Of a DNA stretch of 64,000 nucleotides, positions 40,601-51,994 are shown one piece after another. The stretch comes from Vulcanimicrobiota bacterium (GTDB lineage: Bacteria; Vulcanimicrobiota; Vulcanimicrobiia; Vulcanimicrobiales; Vulcanimicrobiaceae). Numbering within the stretch: position 1 is the first letter of the stretch; each line of letters begins with the position of its first letter. A program made the translations under genes and the position numbers. The stretch covers positions 558,667-622,666 of the forward strand of contig CAWAIE010000003.1 of NCBI GenBank assembly GCA_963782065.1, in the 5' to 3' direction. The notes beneath the pieces are model-generated. The model was not told the origin of the DNA, did no database searches, and worked only from the letters and a program-made list of their open reading frames with translations.

Positions 40601-40987
40601 GGACGAAACGACCGCCGATGCCTTCACGCTGACCGTTCCGATGACTTTGAGACCGCCTGTGTCTTGGACCAAGGCGACCGCGACGTTAACGAGCCGTCCG
40701 TCGAGCACCTCGAACGAGATCGAGGTGAGGCTCTGATACCCGCGTTTGACGATGCGCGCGCGATAGATGCCGTCGGGAACATCGGTGAACTTCACCGTGC
40801 CATTGGCGCCGGTGAGTTCGGAGGTGATGACCGCACCGTCGAGCAGCACGCGCGCGAGTCCAATCGGTTGTTTGGTTGTTGCGTCGGTCACGACGATCGT
40901 AATCTCGCCCGAATCGGATTGCGAAAGGGCGGGTACGGCCAACAGCGCGACGGCGAGAGCCAGACCCGCGGCGATTATCCGAAGCAT
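37607..40987 (-). CDS. TonB-dependent receptor with N-terminal carboxypeptidase-regulatory-like domain and a 318-aa C-terminal extension
   Basis: 1126 aa. Signal peptide, then CarboxypepD_reg-like GEITIVVTD…GIYRARIVKRGY, then plug (ISLEGHDASQTALTLDGIPLN). A long barrel ends …RSYSVTYGIKF (residue ~808), followed by a Gly/Pro linker and a non-barrel-looking domain. Confidence 0.75.
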   Translation of the reverse strand: MLRIIAAGLALAVALLAVPALSQSDSGEITIVVTDATTKQPIGLARVLLDGAVITSELTGANGTVKFTDVPDGIYRARIVKRGYQSLTSISFEVLDGRLVNVAVALVQDTGGLKVIGTVSVKASAVVSSTSIDQNSPQRRLSDDLAGALNKLSGVSVTTSSDDSDATQTISLEGHDASQTALTLDGIPLNAPGTAGNLRGFASDLFQGASVRTGAQIGGLGGSVNFTTLEPTLSWNSQLSMSLGTYGKYNYSLAETGSLGKLGIAAQTVYRLAPSLVDGQYYLDASGLAYDHDGDSDYSGNLLKLRYELGDSQALTGMFLNSARNTEIVCLRQGAPPALPCGYGPDNWNNGSVQLYSLTDNALLGATQLQASLYSSTSTNDLDQLNRFIDVSTGPLPEPSSDPNGFNTLTKTSGFVVNATLPAKQRHTISLQAYGTSSQNVTTPLVPQSAPYYNGSVTSDYGALTLTDTMHSSDKLTLAASAGLSAATGSDGVTALGSLAATWRPTSFDTYSASYAVGGVAGSPGRINILSDPASLRFTCTGNPQQDTAYGSAPGDEPGPSSSISYRAGYTHALHGGNVSLQLYRQIQAGVLLPVLVNGSALLGEGLFPPGYFEQVEQLYDSPAGCNLKSGTAFGPQQLYFSTPISGVKRVYQGAELTGYATFGDLVVQPYYNVTVSTAYSNSPFFFNPYSITISGQQLPNQPLQRAGIVFDYKAPHSALEWLADAQYTARNNPNNLPAYTTFDAGVTAALNRGTLTFAASNITNTYGGIFASPANAVAYQTLYGETIPTIARPLTPRSYSVTYGIKFGQGVASSQTGSAFNLPRGARGAGGPPGGPGGGGGGNGGRGFFAPLPTSPPADPFAVSTDAQRCSADAMAKAQTLSAELKAYVARVEAAKTAAGYPASMPAPAFADAAATYHGLGTTYALTIVVKGSGGMRSVAGCLPLHVARGDDVTAHHLYAPATTLFFVSQLTFMPSVGLYFVARQQQAGQESFRVYQLPTTPPKTPFEVHATNALCTGDARGIAAQALTELQNHFTKGSAAPNWTITPHVASAGTWFELDPADPSVVPALLQCGRVAGATADDIKARGFDAKTVPELNYAAPLGLYLVRPNPGARRGGAGPSPSP

Positions 40988-41058
40988 GCTCGTGAAAATT
41001 CTAAACGGCGGACCCTCAACGGTCCCTGTGAGCAGAGCTGCGCGATGTTGGCGGATGG

Positions 41059-42444
41059 TTAGAGCGTGATAGTGACGGCGGTGCCGTGGCCCGGGGCGCT
41101 GTCGATGGCGATGTCGCCGCCGGCGCGCTCGACCGCGCGCTTAGCGATGGCCAGCCCAAGGCCCGTTCCAGCGATCTCGCCGCGCTCGTCGCCACGGTAA
41201 AAACGTTCAAATGCGTGGACGCGCTCCGACTCCGACATACCCGGGCCATCGTCGCGAACGGTAATCACGGTGTGACCGTTGTTGCGAGCGGCGGCGAGGT
41301 GAATCGGGGCCTCAGGCGCGTATTTGAGCGCGTTCTCAACGATATTCCAGATGGCTTCGCCGAGCTCGCTGCGATCGGCTTCGATCGTTCGGACGCCTTG
41401 AATGCTGTAGTCGATCACGCGATGGTCGTCGAGGCGACGCGCGGCTTCGCACTGTCCGCGCAGGAAATCACCGATGTCGATCTCCTCGACGCGCGGGAGC
41501 GCCTCGGAGTCGAGGCGCGCCAGCCGCATGAGCCGGTCGATCAAGCTGCGCATGTGCTCTTTCTCGAGCGACATCGTCCCGAGGATCTGGCGCGCGATGC
41601 TCGGCTCTTCGATCGCGCCCCGGCGCAGCACGTCGATGTAGCCGCCGATGACGGTCAGCGGCGTACGCAGTTCGTGCGAGGCATCGGCGGCGAACTGCCG
41701 CATCCGCTCCTCGGCGCGGCGGCGGTCTTCCATCACCGAAGCGACGCTGGCGGCGGCGTCGTTATAGGCTTGCGTGAGCGAGGCGACTTCGTCGCCGCCC
41801 TTCATGATGAAGCGGCGCTGGGTATAGTCGCCGCCCGCCAGCGCTTCCAGCGAGCTGCTTACTTCCTCGATCGGCTGTAGGGCGCGCGCGGCGAAGAAGC
41901 GGCCGGCATACCACGAGATACCCATGGCGAGGATGGCGATCGTCAAAACGATACGCCAATACGGCACGAGCGAGACGAGCAGCAGCGGCGTGGAGGAAAC
42001 GAAAGCGACGTATCCTCCGTCGACGGGCGCTAATGGAAGTGGATCGAAGCGCGCGGGATCGGGCGGCGGCCGGCCGAGCGACCGCGGAGGTGCATGAGGA
42101 ATGAAGTGTTCCATGCCGCCCAGCGCGAGGACGCGATCGAGGACCTTCGGCCGCAAATCCTTGTCGCCGGCGAGATACCGGCCCTTTTTGTCGAAAACGG
42201 TGACGCGCAACCCAATACCGCTCAGGGCCGCCACGATTTCGGGGGCGGCCTGCGCGAGCGTCATTCCTTCGCGATGGAAGCGGTCGGCAAGGATGCGCGC
42301 TTCCTCGTGTTTTGCGATGACGACGTCGCCGGTAAAACCGGAGAGTTCCAGGACGAGCGCGCCGGACGACGCGAGAATGACGATCAGCACGGTCACGATC
42401 AGCAGCACCGCGTAGAGCGCGGAGAGCCGTGACGCGAGCTTCAT
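41059..42444 (-). CDS. Sensor histidine kinase (TM-HAMP-HisKA-HATPase)
   Basis: 461 aa with H-box SHELRTPLTVI and G-boxes DDGPGM and GTGLGLAIAK. Confidence 0.85.
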   Translation of the reverse strand: MKLASRLSALYAVLLIVTVLIVILASSGALVLELSGFTGDVVIAKHEEARILADRFHREGMTLAQAAPEIVAALSGIGLRVTVFDKKGRYLAGDKDLRPKVLDRVLALGGMEHFIPHAPPRSLGRPPPDPARFDPLPLAPVDGGYVAFVSSTPLLLVSLVPYWRIVLTIAILAMGISWYAGRFFAARALQPIEEVSSSLEALAGGDYTQRRFIMKGGDEVASLTQAYNDAAASVASVMEDRRRAEERMRQFAADASHELRTPLTVIGGYIDVLRRGAIEEPSIARQILGTMSLEKEHMRSLIDRLMRLARLDSEALPRVEEIDIGDFLRGQCEAARRLDDHRVIDYSIQGVRTIEADRSELGEAIWNIVENALKYAPEAPIHLAAARNNGHTVITVRDDGPGMSESERVHAFERFYRGDERGEIAGTGLGLAIAKRAVERAGGDIAIDSAPGHGTAVTITL

Positions 42445-42459
42445 TTACGGAACGCCCCG

Positions 42460-43146
42460 CTACTGCGAAAGGCCGTACCCCACGCCCCTAACAGTGCGGA
42501 TGAACGACCCGGGTTCGCCGGGCCGGTCGATCTTGGCGCGCAAGTACGAGATGTAGGTTTCAACGATGTTCGGGCCGCCCTCGAAGTCGTGCCCCCAGAC
42601 GATCTCGAGCAGATGGTCTTTGCTGAAGACGCGCCGGGGTTCGCGCAAGAAGACTTCGAGCAGATCGAACTCACGCTGGGTGAATTCGAGCGACTCCTTC
42701 CCGCGCCATGCTTCGCGCGTCGCCGGATTGATGGCGATGTCGCGCCAGCGCAGCACGTTCTCCTCGATCAGTTGCGGCCGGCGCAGCTTGGCCTGCAGCC
42801 GTGCGATCAGCTCCTCGAAGATAAACGGCTTGACGAGGTAGTCGTCGGCGCCTGAACTGAGCGAGCGGACCTTGTCATCGGTCCCACCCTTCGCCGTCAG
42901 CATGAGAATCGGCGCTTGGGTGATTTCCCGAAGGCGCGGCAAGAGCGTTACGCCGTCGATTTTCGGCATCATGATGTCGAGCACGATGAGTTCCGGATCG
43001 AAGGTCTTGACTAGTTCGAGCGCACCGAATCCGTCGGTCGCCGTTTTGACCTCGTAGCCTTCTCGCGAAAGACCGAGTTCGAGCATCTCCCGAACCATGC
43101 GGTCGTCGTCAATGACCGCTACACGAGCATTTGGCATGGTATACAT
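42460..43146 (-). CDS. OmpR/PhoB-family response regulator
   Basis: Start at ATG rc 43144-43146 (MYTMPNARVAVIDDD…), with an alternative at 43137. Receiver LIVLDIMMPKIDG and winged-helix LEFTQREFDLLEVFL…VRGVGY. Confidence 0.85.
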   Translation of the reverse strand: MYTMPNARVAVIDDDRMVREMLELGLSREGYEVKTATDGFGALELVKTFDPELIVLDIMMPKIDGVTLLPRLREITQAPILMLTAKGGTDDKVRSLSSGADDYLVKPFIFEELIARLQAKLRRPQLIEENVLRWRDIAINPATREAWRGKESLEFTQREFDLLEVFLREPRRVFSKDHLLEIVWGHDFEGGPNIVETYISYLRAKIDRPGEPGSFIRTVRGVGYGLSQ

Positions 43147-43199
43147 GTCTACGTTGCATCCTGGGGCCGTACCCTTGGAGTGGCCTGAACTAGCTCGGG

Positions 43200-43655
43200 C
43201 TACGCCGCCCGCAGAGGGGGCTGCCATCTCGAGCGGCGCTGTCCGGAAACCAGCGCAGCCTGCTCGATGGTCTCGAGGGGATGGACAACCAAGCGAATAC
43301 CTGCTATCGCCATGTCGCCGGCCATGGCCGCGTCGGGCGACCACCGAGCAAAGAGGTGGATTTCCGAAGTTTCAGCCGCTCGAGCGAGTTGGCCGCACAC
43401 CTCGGCGAGCGAGCACACTCGCTGCGCCAGCAGCGGTTCGACGACCCCCTCTTGGAAGCGCCCACGGCTCCAGCCGGAGATCATAACCACGATGCGTGAA
43501 AGCTCTGCCGAATGGGCCGATTCGAAATCGATTACGGCCGCCTTCACCGTTTCGGCCAGATGCGGATCGGTCTGCGCATGGAGCGTGGCGCCCGCAATCG
43601 ACGCTTGCGGTCCGGCCGTCAGGAGCGCTCCGGCCCCGATGAGGTACTCGTCCAT
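43200..43655 (-). CDS. Hypothetical protein (~151 aa) upstream of the two-component system
   Basis: The track ORF (200 aa) is trimmed to MDEYLIGAG… because its upstream 49 codons span an intrinsic terminator and have lower third-position GC. No recognisable domain and no clear RBS. Confidence 0.4.
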   Translation of the reverse strand: MDEYLIGAGALLTAGPQASIAGATLHAQTDPHLAETVKAAVIDFESAHSAELSRIVVMISGWSRGRFQEGVVEPLLAQRVCSLAEVCGQLARAAETSEIHLFARWSPDAAMAGDMAIAGIRLVVHPLETIEQAALVSGQRRSRWQPPLRAA

Positions 43656-43711
43656 GATTTCACTTTGGGACTCAAGAGTGCCATCTGGGTGGCCTTCGCG
43701 TTGAGGAGCCG

Positions 43712-43744
43712 AAAAAATAGAGGCGCCGCAAAATGCGGCGCCTC
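43712..43744 (-). terminator. Rho-independent terminator
   Basis: Minus strand reads GAGGCGCCGCA-TTT-TGCGGCGCCTC (11-bp perfect stem) followed by TATTTTTT. Confidence 0.8.
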
Positions 43745-43883
43745 CCGCCCACAACCCGGTTTGTGGAGGTTCCCGTACCGTCAATGGGCCAGCACGGGAC
43801 ATCTGGAAGTCCGGGCTGCTTCGCTCGATGGTGTGGGCACCCGAGCCTTTCGGAGTGCTAGATCGTCGGTAAGATCGGGCTGG

Positions 43884-43949
43884 CTATCCAATGGGACCTG
43901 GTGGTGTTACGAGCAGACCTACCGCGATTGCGATTAGGATGCTAAGCAT
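43884..43949 (-). CDS. 21-codon hydrophobic small ORF (MLSILIAIAVGLLVTPPGPIG) with strong RBS
   Basis: Manually translated. GGGAGG lies 5 nt upstream of the ATG (rc 43947-43949) and TAG is at rc 43884-43886. It lies between the LAL regulator stop and the strong terminator. Not in the ORF track (too short). Confidence 0.4.
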   Translation of the reverse strand: MLSILIAIAVGLLVTPPGPIG

Positions 43950-44039
43950 GCTTGCCTCCCTTCCCTTGACTGTCCATGAGGCTAGGCCTCGCTTCGAGTC
44001 TACCGGTCCAGCGAGAACGCCGTCCCTAGTCAAAATGTA

Positions 44040-46538
44040 CTAGGGAATAATTTGCAATCTCCGAGCCGTTGCGAGAGCCTGTGTACGCCCACGGCATCTA
44101 AGCTTCGCAATAGCATTAGCTATGTGAGCACGAACGGTATAGACGCTTCGTCCGTCCCGCGCCGCAATCTCCTTCGTGCTCAGGCCATCTCCCAACAAGT
44201 GGAGTATTGCTATCTCGGACAATGTCAGCGGAGACACGATCTTGTCATCAGAGCCGGACTCGAAAGCGGCAGAAGCCGATTCCAGTACTTGGACTATGTC
44301 CGCATATCCAAAATACCTTAGGCGCTCGTAACCAACCACGATCTCTCGCTGATGCAGTGCGCCCGAATCTCGCGTATAGTGCTCAGCAAGTCGCGACGCG
44401 AGGAACACAACTTCGTCCTGAGCTTCCGCCCGAATCCTTCTAGCAAGCTTCCTAGCCGCCGTCAATCGCTGATTTGCCATCTCCGCAACTACACATAGTA
44501 GAAGTGCCAGTGCGATGCATCTCGTGGGGAACAGGCCACCTGGTCGTGACACCTCGGCGAGGGTTCTCACTCTTTCGATGAGCGTTACTGAGGAATCGCG
44601 ACGGCCGTCGAGAGCAAGAAATAGTGCGCACTGCGCGCCGCACAATATGCGGTCGAACTCGTGGTACATACGATCCCAGCAGGAGCAAAGAGTCTCGTGG
44701 GCCCGTGCAAACTTTCCGTCCCAAGCAAGCCGAAGCGCCTTAAAAGCGGCCATCAAGTGAGCGCGTCGAGGATCAGATCTAATATTAGTGAGCTGCTCCT
44801 CCAACGCCGCGCTTTCCTCAGCGTTGCCACGCCTCATTTCTGCAGCAGCTACTTGAAGTAGTGCCGTTTGCATCTCAAGGCTATCACCGGATCTCATAGC
44901 GGCATCAGCTGCTCGCTCGGCATACCACAGCTGGCTCATTACGTCGTCATACGCATGGCACATTAAGTTCGACAAGGCAGACCATGCTCGGCTTGCGACG
45001 CCATTCATATCTAGTTCATTGGCAAGATCGCCGGCTTGGATCAGTAGTTGGCGTGCCTTCTCGTTTTCTCCGGTATACATAGCTGCGACGCCTATTCGCT
45101 GGAGCGCCTTAGCACGTGTTGATTCGCGGTCGACATCCACTAGCAGGTTCCGCGTTTCCTCCGTGGCGTGCCTTGCGGCGTCCTTATCGCCAGACATTCC
45201 GTAGGTTACGGCGAGCAAGGACAGTGCTTCCGCGCGAATCGATGGCAGCTGCAACTGATCGGCCGCAATAGGTCGCAGCGCTTCTCCTACATCTCCGCCG
45301 TAATTTGCTGCAAGGGGAGCCATGCGCAAACTCGCGAAACCAAAAAGATCACGATCATTTTTGGCGTGAGCGATCGAACGGCGCAACAGAGCCTCCGCGC
45401 GAATGGGTTTACCGGCAAGGGATTGCAGGACGCCGCGAAGAGCGAGAATGCGGGGGTTCGTGCGTCGCGTCGGTTCATCGAGGGCTTCGACGGCGTTGGA
45501 AACGCATTCGGAGCGTCCGCGCTCGAGCAGATCGAATCCGCTCGCCTCTAATAACCGAAGCAGGTTCGGCTGCGAGCGCGCCGCGGCGTAAGCGACGAGT
45601 GCGGCTTCCATTTGGCCGGCGGTTTCGAGGGCTTGGGCGGCTCGCAAGTTGACCGCGACGTGCCGGCGGTTGCCGGCAAGCGCCGTCTGACGTCGGAAGA
45701 AATCACGTACGAGCGTCGATGTTGTGAACCGGCGATCTTCTTCGTAGAGCAAACCGGTGCGCCTTCGCGTCGCCTCCAATGTTTGCAGCGCGTCGGGAAA
45801 GCCGGCAATTTCAAGCACGCCGACATCGATTTCGGGGAGAGCGGTCGCAACTTCGAGCAGTTCGCGCTCGCGGTCGCCAATGGCCGGATAGACTTCCTCG
45901 CGCAGATAGTCCGTGAGCGTTTCCCTTACGAACGTACGCACGTCCCGCTTCGACATTCCGTGCTTGAGCGCTCGAAGGGCGATCGAAACGGCGACCGGCC
46001 ACCCTTCCGTGAGAGCGGCGAGCTCGCCGACGTCGTCCGGCTCACAGGCGACATCAGCCATACGACATGCCTGCGCGATTTCGTCTTCGGTAAAGCGAAG
46101 GTCCGAAACGCCGATTGGAATTTCACAGTCGCGGCGCGCCAGCCACGTGCCGACCGGCAAGGCGTCGACGGCGCGCGTGGCGATGATCCATCGCGCGGAG
46201 GGGCGCTCCGACTCGATGCACGAGACCAGCGTGCGCGCCCGTGCGGTGGAAGCTCGCTCGAAGCCGTCGATCACGACGATGCCGCCGAAACGTTCTGGAA
46301 TGCGCGATGCGTCGAAGGCGTCGCGCGTCACGTCGACGGCAATCGTCTCGCCAGAATGGTTTCTTAGAAACTGTTGCAGAGCGACCGTCTTACCGTAACC
46401 GGCAGAGGCCGAGACCAATACGATCCGACGCTCACTCGCCTTGGCGAAACGGTCGACGATCCGCGGTCGCCGCAGGATCTCGGCGTCAATTCTCTCTCCG
46501 AGCAGCGACGATGCACCTCGATGTGAAATCGAACGCAT
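44040..46538 (-). CDS. Large ATP-binding LuxR-family (LAL/MalT-like, STAND) transcriptional regulator
   Basis: 832 aa. Walker A VSASAGYGKTV, a long helical/TPR-like middle, and a C-terminal LuxR HTH LSEIAILHLLGDGLSTKEIAARDGRSVYTVRAHI. Confidence 0.8.
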   Translation of the reverse strand: MRSISHRGASSLLGERIDAEILRRPRIVDRFAKASERRIVLVSASAGYGKTVALQQFLRNHSGETIAVDVTRDAFDASRIPERFGGIVVIDGFERASTARARTLVSCIESERPSARWIIATRAVDALPVGTWLARRDCEIPIGVSDLRFTEDEIAQACRMADVACEPDDVGELAALTEGWPVAVSIALRALKHGMSKRDVRTFVRETLTDYLREEVYPAIGDRERELLEVATALPEIDVGVLEIAGFPDALQTLEATRRRTGLLYEEDRRFTTSTLVRDFFRRQTALAGNRRHVAVNLRAAQALETAGQMEAALVAYAAARSQPNLLRLLEASGFDLLERGRSECVSNAVEALDEPTRRTNPRILALRGVLQSLAGKPIRAEALLRRSIAHAKNDRDLFGFASLRMAPLAANYGGDVGEALRPIAADQLQLPSIRAEALSLLAVTYGMSGDKDAARHATEETRNLLVDVDRESTRAKALQRIGVAAMYTGENEKARQLLIQAGDLANELDMNGVASRAWSALSNLMCHAYDDVMSQLWYAERAADAAMRSGDSLEMQTALLQVAAAEMRRGNAEESAALEEQLTNIRSDPRRAHLMAAFKALRLAWDGKFARAHETLCSCWDRMYHEFDRILCGAQCALFLALDGRRDSSVTLIERVRTLAEVSRPGGLFPTRCIALALLLCVVAEMANQRLTAARKLARRIRAEAQDEVVFLASRLAEHYTRDSGALHQREIVVGYERLRYFGYADIVQVLESASAAFESGSDDKIVSPLTLSEIAILHLLGDGLSTKEIAARDGRSVYTVRAHIANAIAKLRCRGRTQALATARRLQIIP

Positions 46539-46582
46539 CCGCGTTCGCTTCTCAGTCCGGCAGAGGCGCGCCTTCGTTCTCC

Positions 46583-47149
46583 CTATGCTGCGACGAGTTC
46601 GACCGCGGATGCGCCGCAGCGCAGCATTCGAATCGTTCCGGCGCGGAAATCGTACACGAGTACGCCGCGCAAGCCTTCGCCGCGGTAAGCTCGAGCGGCG
46701 TTGCGAATCGCGCGCATCGCGTCGAGGCGTTTTCCATCGTTGGCGAGCCGGCGAAACACGACGCCGTAGAGGCCATCCCGGCGTCCGCGCACCACCGCGT
46801 CGAACGGGCTCGCGGCGGCACCGACGGCCGCGACATCGCGCCGGCGAACGGCGAACAGCCGCGATGCCAAGCGGCCGCGAGCGAAGATCTGGAGATCGGC
46901 GAGGATGCGGTTGCGCTCCGCAAAGAGCAGCGCGGGTCGGACGGTGCAGCCTGCGCGACGAACAAGCCGCTCGAAGCGCACGAGCGCATCGTCGGCGAGC
47001 ATGCGTGGCCCGGGAACGCGCGAGCCGCGCTCGCGCGCCAAGCTCACGCTCACGATAGCCTCACGCATCGCGCGCTCGCTCAGTTTGGGAAGGCGTTTCG
47101 CGGCTAGGATCGGATCCATTGGCGGCATCGTACGCATCGCGAGTGCCAT
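46583..47149 (-). CDS. Hypothetical protein, 37 nt downstream of rpoC
   Basis: 188 aa, Arg/Ala-rich. High third-position GC in this frame on manual codon reading. Several alternative ATGs (MALAMRTMPPMDP). No recognisable domain. Confidence 0.45.
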   Translation of the reverse strand: MALAMRTMPPMDPILAAKRLPKLSERAMREAIVSVSLARERGSRVPGPRMLADDALVRFERLVRRAGCTVRPALLFAERNRILADLQIFARGRLASRLFAVRRRDVAAVGAAASPFDAVVRGRRDGLYGVVFRRLANDGKRLDAMRAIRNAARAYRGEGLRGVLVYDFRAGTIRMLRCGASAVELVAA

Positions 47150-47186
47150 ATGGCTGGCACGATGCGCACGCTGCCGCTAACGGTGG

Positions 47187-50981
<3,795 letters not shown>

Positions 50982-51110
50982 GGGGTTGGAACTCCGCTAA
51001 CGTGCACCGCTGCCGCCGCTGACGCAGGGAGCGCGTCTCACGTTGTCACGTGAGCGGTCCCACCGTTGCCGCTGGCCGCGAGGCGCCGAGGCGCCCGGGC
51101 ACGGTTTATG

Positions 51111-51139
51111 ATTATACTCGGGGACCCGCCCAAGGGCAA
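51111..51139 (-). promoter_or_regulatory. Putative promoter for rpoC (TTGCCC-17 nt-TATAAT)
   Basis: Minus strand reads TTGCCC (rc 51134-51139), a 17-nt spacer, then perfect TATAAT (rc 51111-51116), about 125 nt upstream of the rpoC ATG. Confidence 0.45.
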
Positions 51140-51343
51140 GGGCCACGGAAGGGCCACGCGGCTTGGCGCCTGGCAGCCGCTGAAGGGAAGCTTGCTTCAA
51201 GCGGTAGAGGGCCGCCCGCTTTGGGCGGACGCGGTTCCCAGGACTGAGCGCTTGTGAAACTTCGTTTAGCGTCGCGCTACGCCGGCGAACTGCGGCTCCG
51301 TCCCGTGCAGACGCGCCTAGGCGTGGAGCGGGCGCCCCTTCGA

Positions 51344-51405
51344 GTGCGGCTTCGCCTCCGCTCAGGGTGACATGGGGTGCGGCTTCGCCTCCGCTCAGGG
51401 TGACA
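51344..51405. repeat. Tandem duplication (2 x 29 nt, period 33) of GTGCGGCTTCGCCTCCGCTCAGGGTGACA
   Basis: Exact copies at 51344-51372 and 51377-51405, intergenic. The reverse strand translates as VTLSGGEAA twice in a shadow ORF. Confidence 0.85.
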
Positions 51406-51443
51406 CCGCATAACCCCGCCGACGCCGGGGTACGAATGATGGC

Positions 51444-51959
51444 ATGAAGATAGGAATCATTGGCTCCAACTCCCGCGCGATTGCGATCGGACGCCTGCTC
51501 GCCTCCGGCGGCCACGACCTCAGTTTCAGCGACTCCGCTAGTGGAGAAGCTGCCGAACGGGCAGCAGCCGAAATCGGCGTCCAGACAGAGACCGCATACG
51601 ACCAGACGATCGCACGCGAACTCTTGATTTTTGCCTGCACGCGTCGTGACGTCGATCGGACGCTGGCCGCCATGGGATCCGGCGTCCACTGCACCGTCCT
51701 CGACGCACTCGACGGCGGCCCGGACGAACCGCATGGCGGCGCGGAGCTGCTCGCCCGCAAGCTCGACACCCATCGGTTGGTGCGCGCGCTGATCGTCCTG
51801 GCGCAAACCGGAGCCAACATTCCGATCTGCGGCGACGACGTCGACGCAAAAGCCATCGTCCAGCAAGCGTTCGAAGCTTGCGGATGCATCGTCACCGACC
51901 GCGGGCCCCTGGCGAACGCTTCCGAGCTGGAACCGCACGTAACGCGGATCGCCGCGTAA
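51444..51959 (+). CDS. NADP oxidoreductase, coenzyme F420-dependent (NpdG/F420_oxidored)-like, short
   Basis: 171 aa with Rossmann N-terminus MKIGIIGSNSRAIAIGRLLASGGHDL. Shorter than the usual ~210-220 aa. Confidence 0.5.
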   Translation: MKIGIIGSNSRAIAIGRLLASGGHDLSFSDSASGEAAERAAAEIGVQTETAYDQTIARELLIFACTRRDVDRTLAAMGSGVHCTVLDALDGGPDEPHGGAELLARKLDTHRLVRALIVLAQTGANIPICGDDVDAKAIVQQAFEACGCIVTDRGPLANASELEPHVTRIAA

Positions 51960-51994
51960 GAGGCTCGTCTTCGGGTTCCATCAAAATTGCCCGC

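Noticed and set aside
43656-43802. N-terminal 49 codons of track ORF 43200..43802.
   Set aside because: This stretch contains the 11-bp-stem/T-tract terminator and has visibly lower third-position GC, so it is more likely non-coding. The CDS was trimmed to the MDEY start, which remains uncertain.
43950-44039. Clear promoter for the 21-codon ORF (TTGACT at about rc 44025-44030).
   Set aside because: No acceptable -10 lies 16-19 nt downstream of that TTGACT. Only a weak GGGACG-18-TAGACT alternative exists, so no promoter feature was called.
44040-46538. STAND NTPase as an Avs/antiphage-type defence protein.
   Set aside because: The C-terminus is a canonical LuxR-type HTH and no nuclease, protease, TIR or other effector domain is visible. 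The architecture is that of MalT/LAL transcription activators, so I treat it as a regulator.
12537-47186. Calling the large wedge (or the two smaller inserts) a genomic island or mobile element.
   Set aside because: No integrase, transposase, recombinase, phage or conjugation gene was seen, nor a tRNA/tmRNA target or flanking direct repeats. Only the local compositional anomalies are reported.
51344-51405. Possible CRISPR array (direct repeats with a short spacer).
   Set aside because: There are only two copies, the spacer between them is 4 nt, and no cas genes are present. It is a tandem duplication of a short interspersed element.
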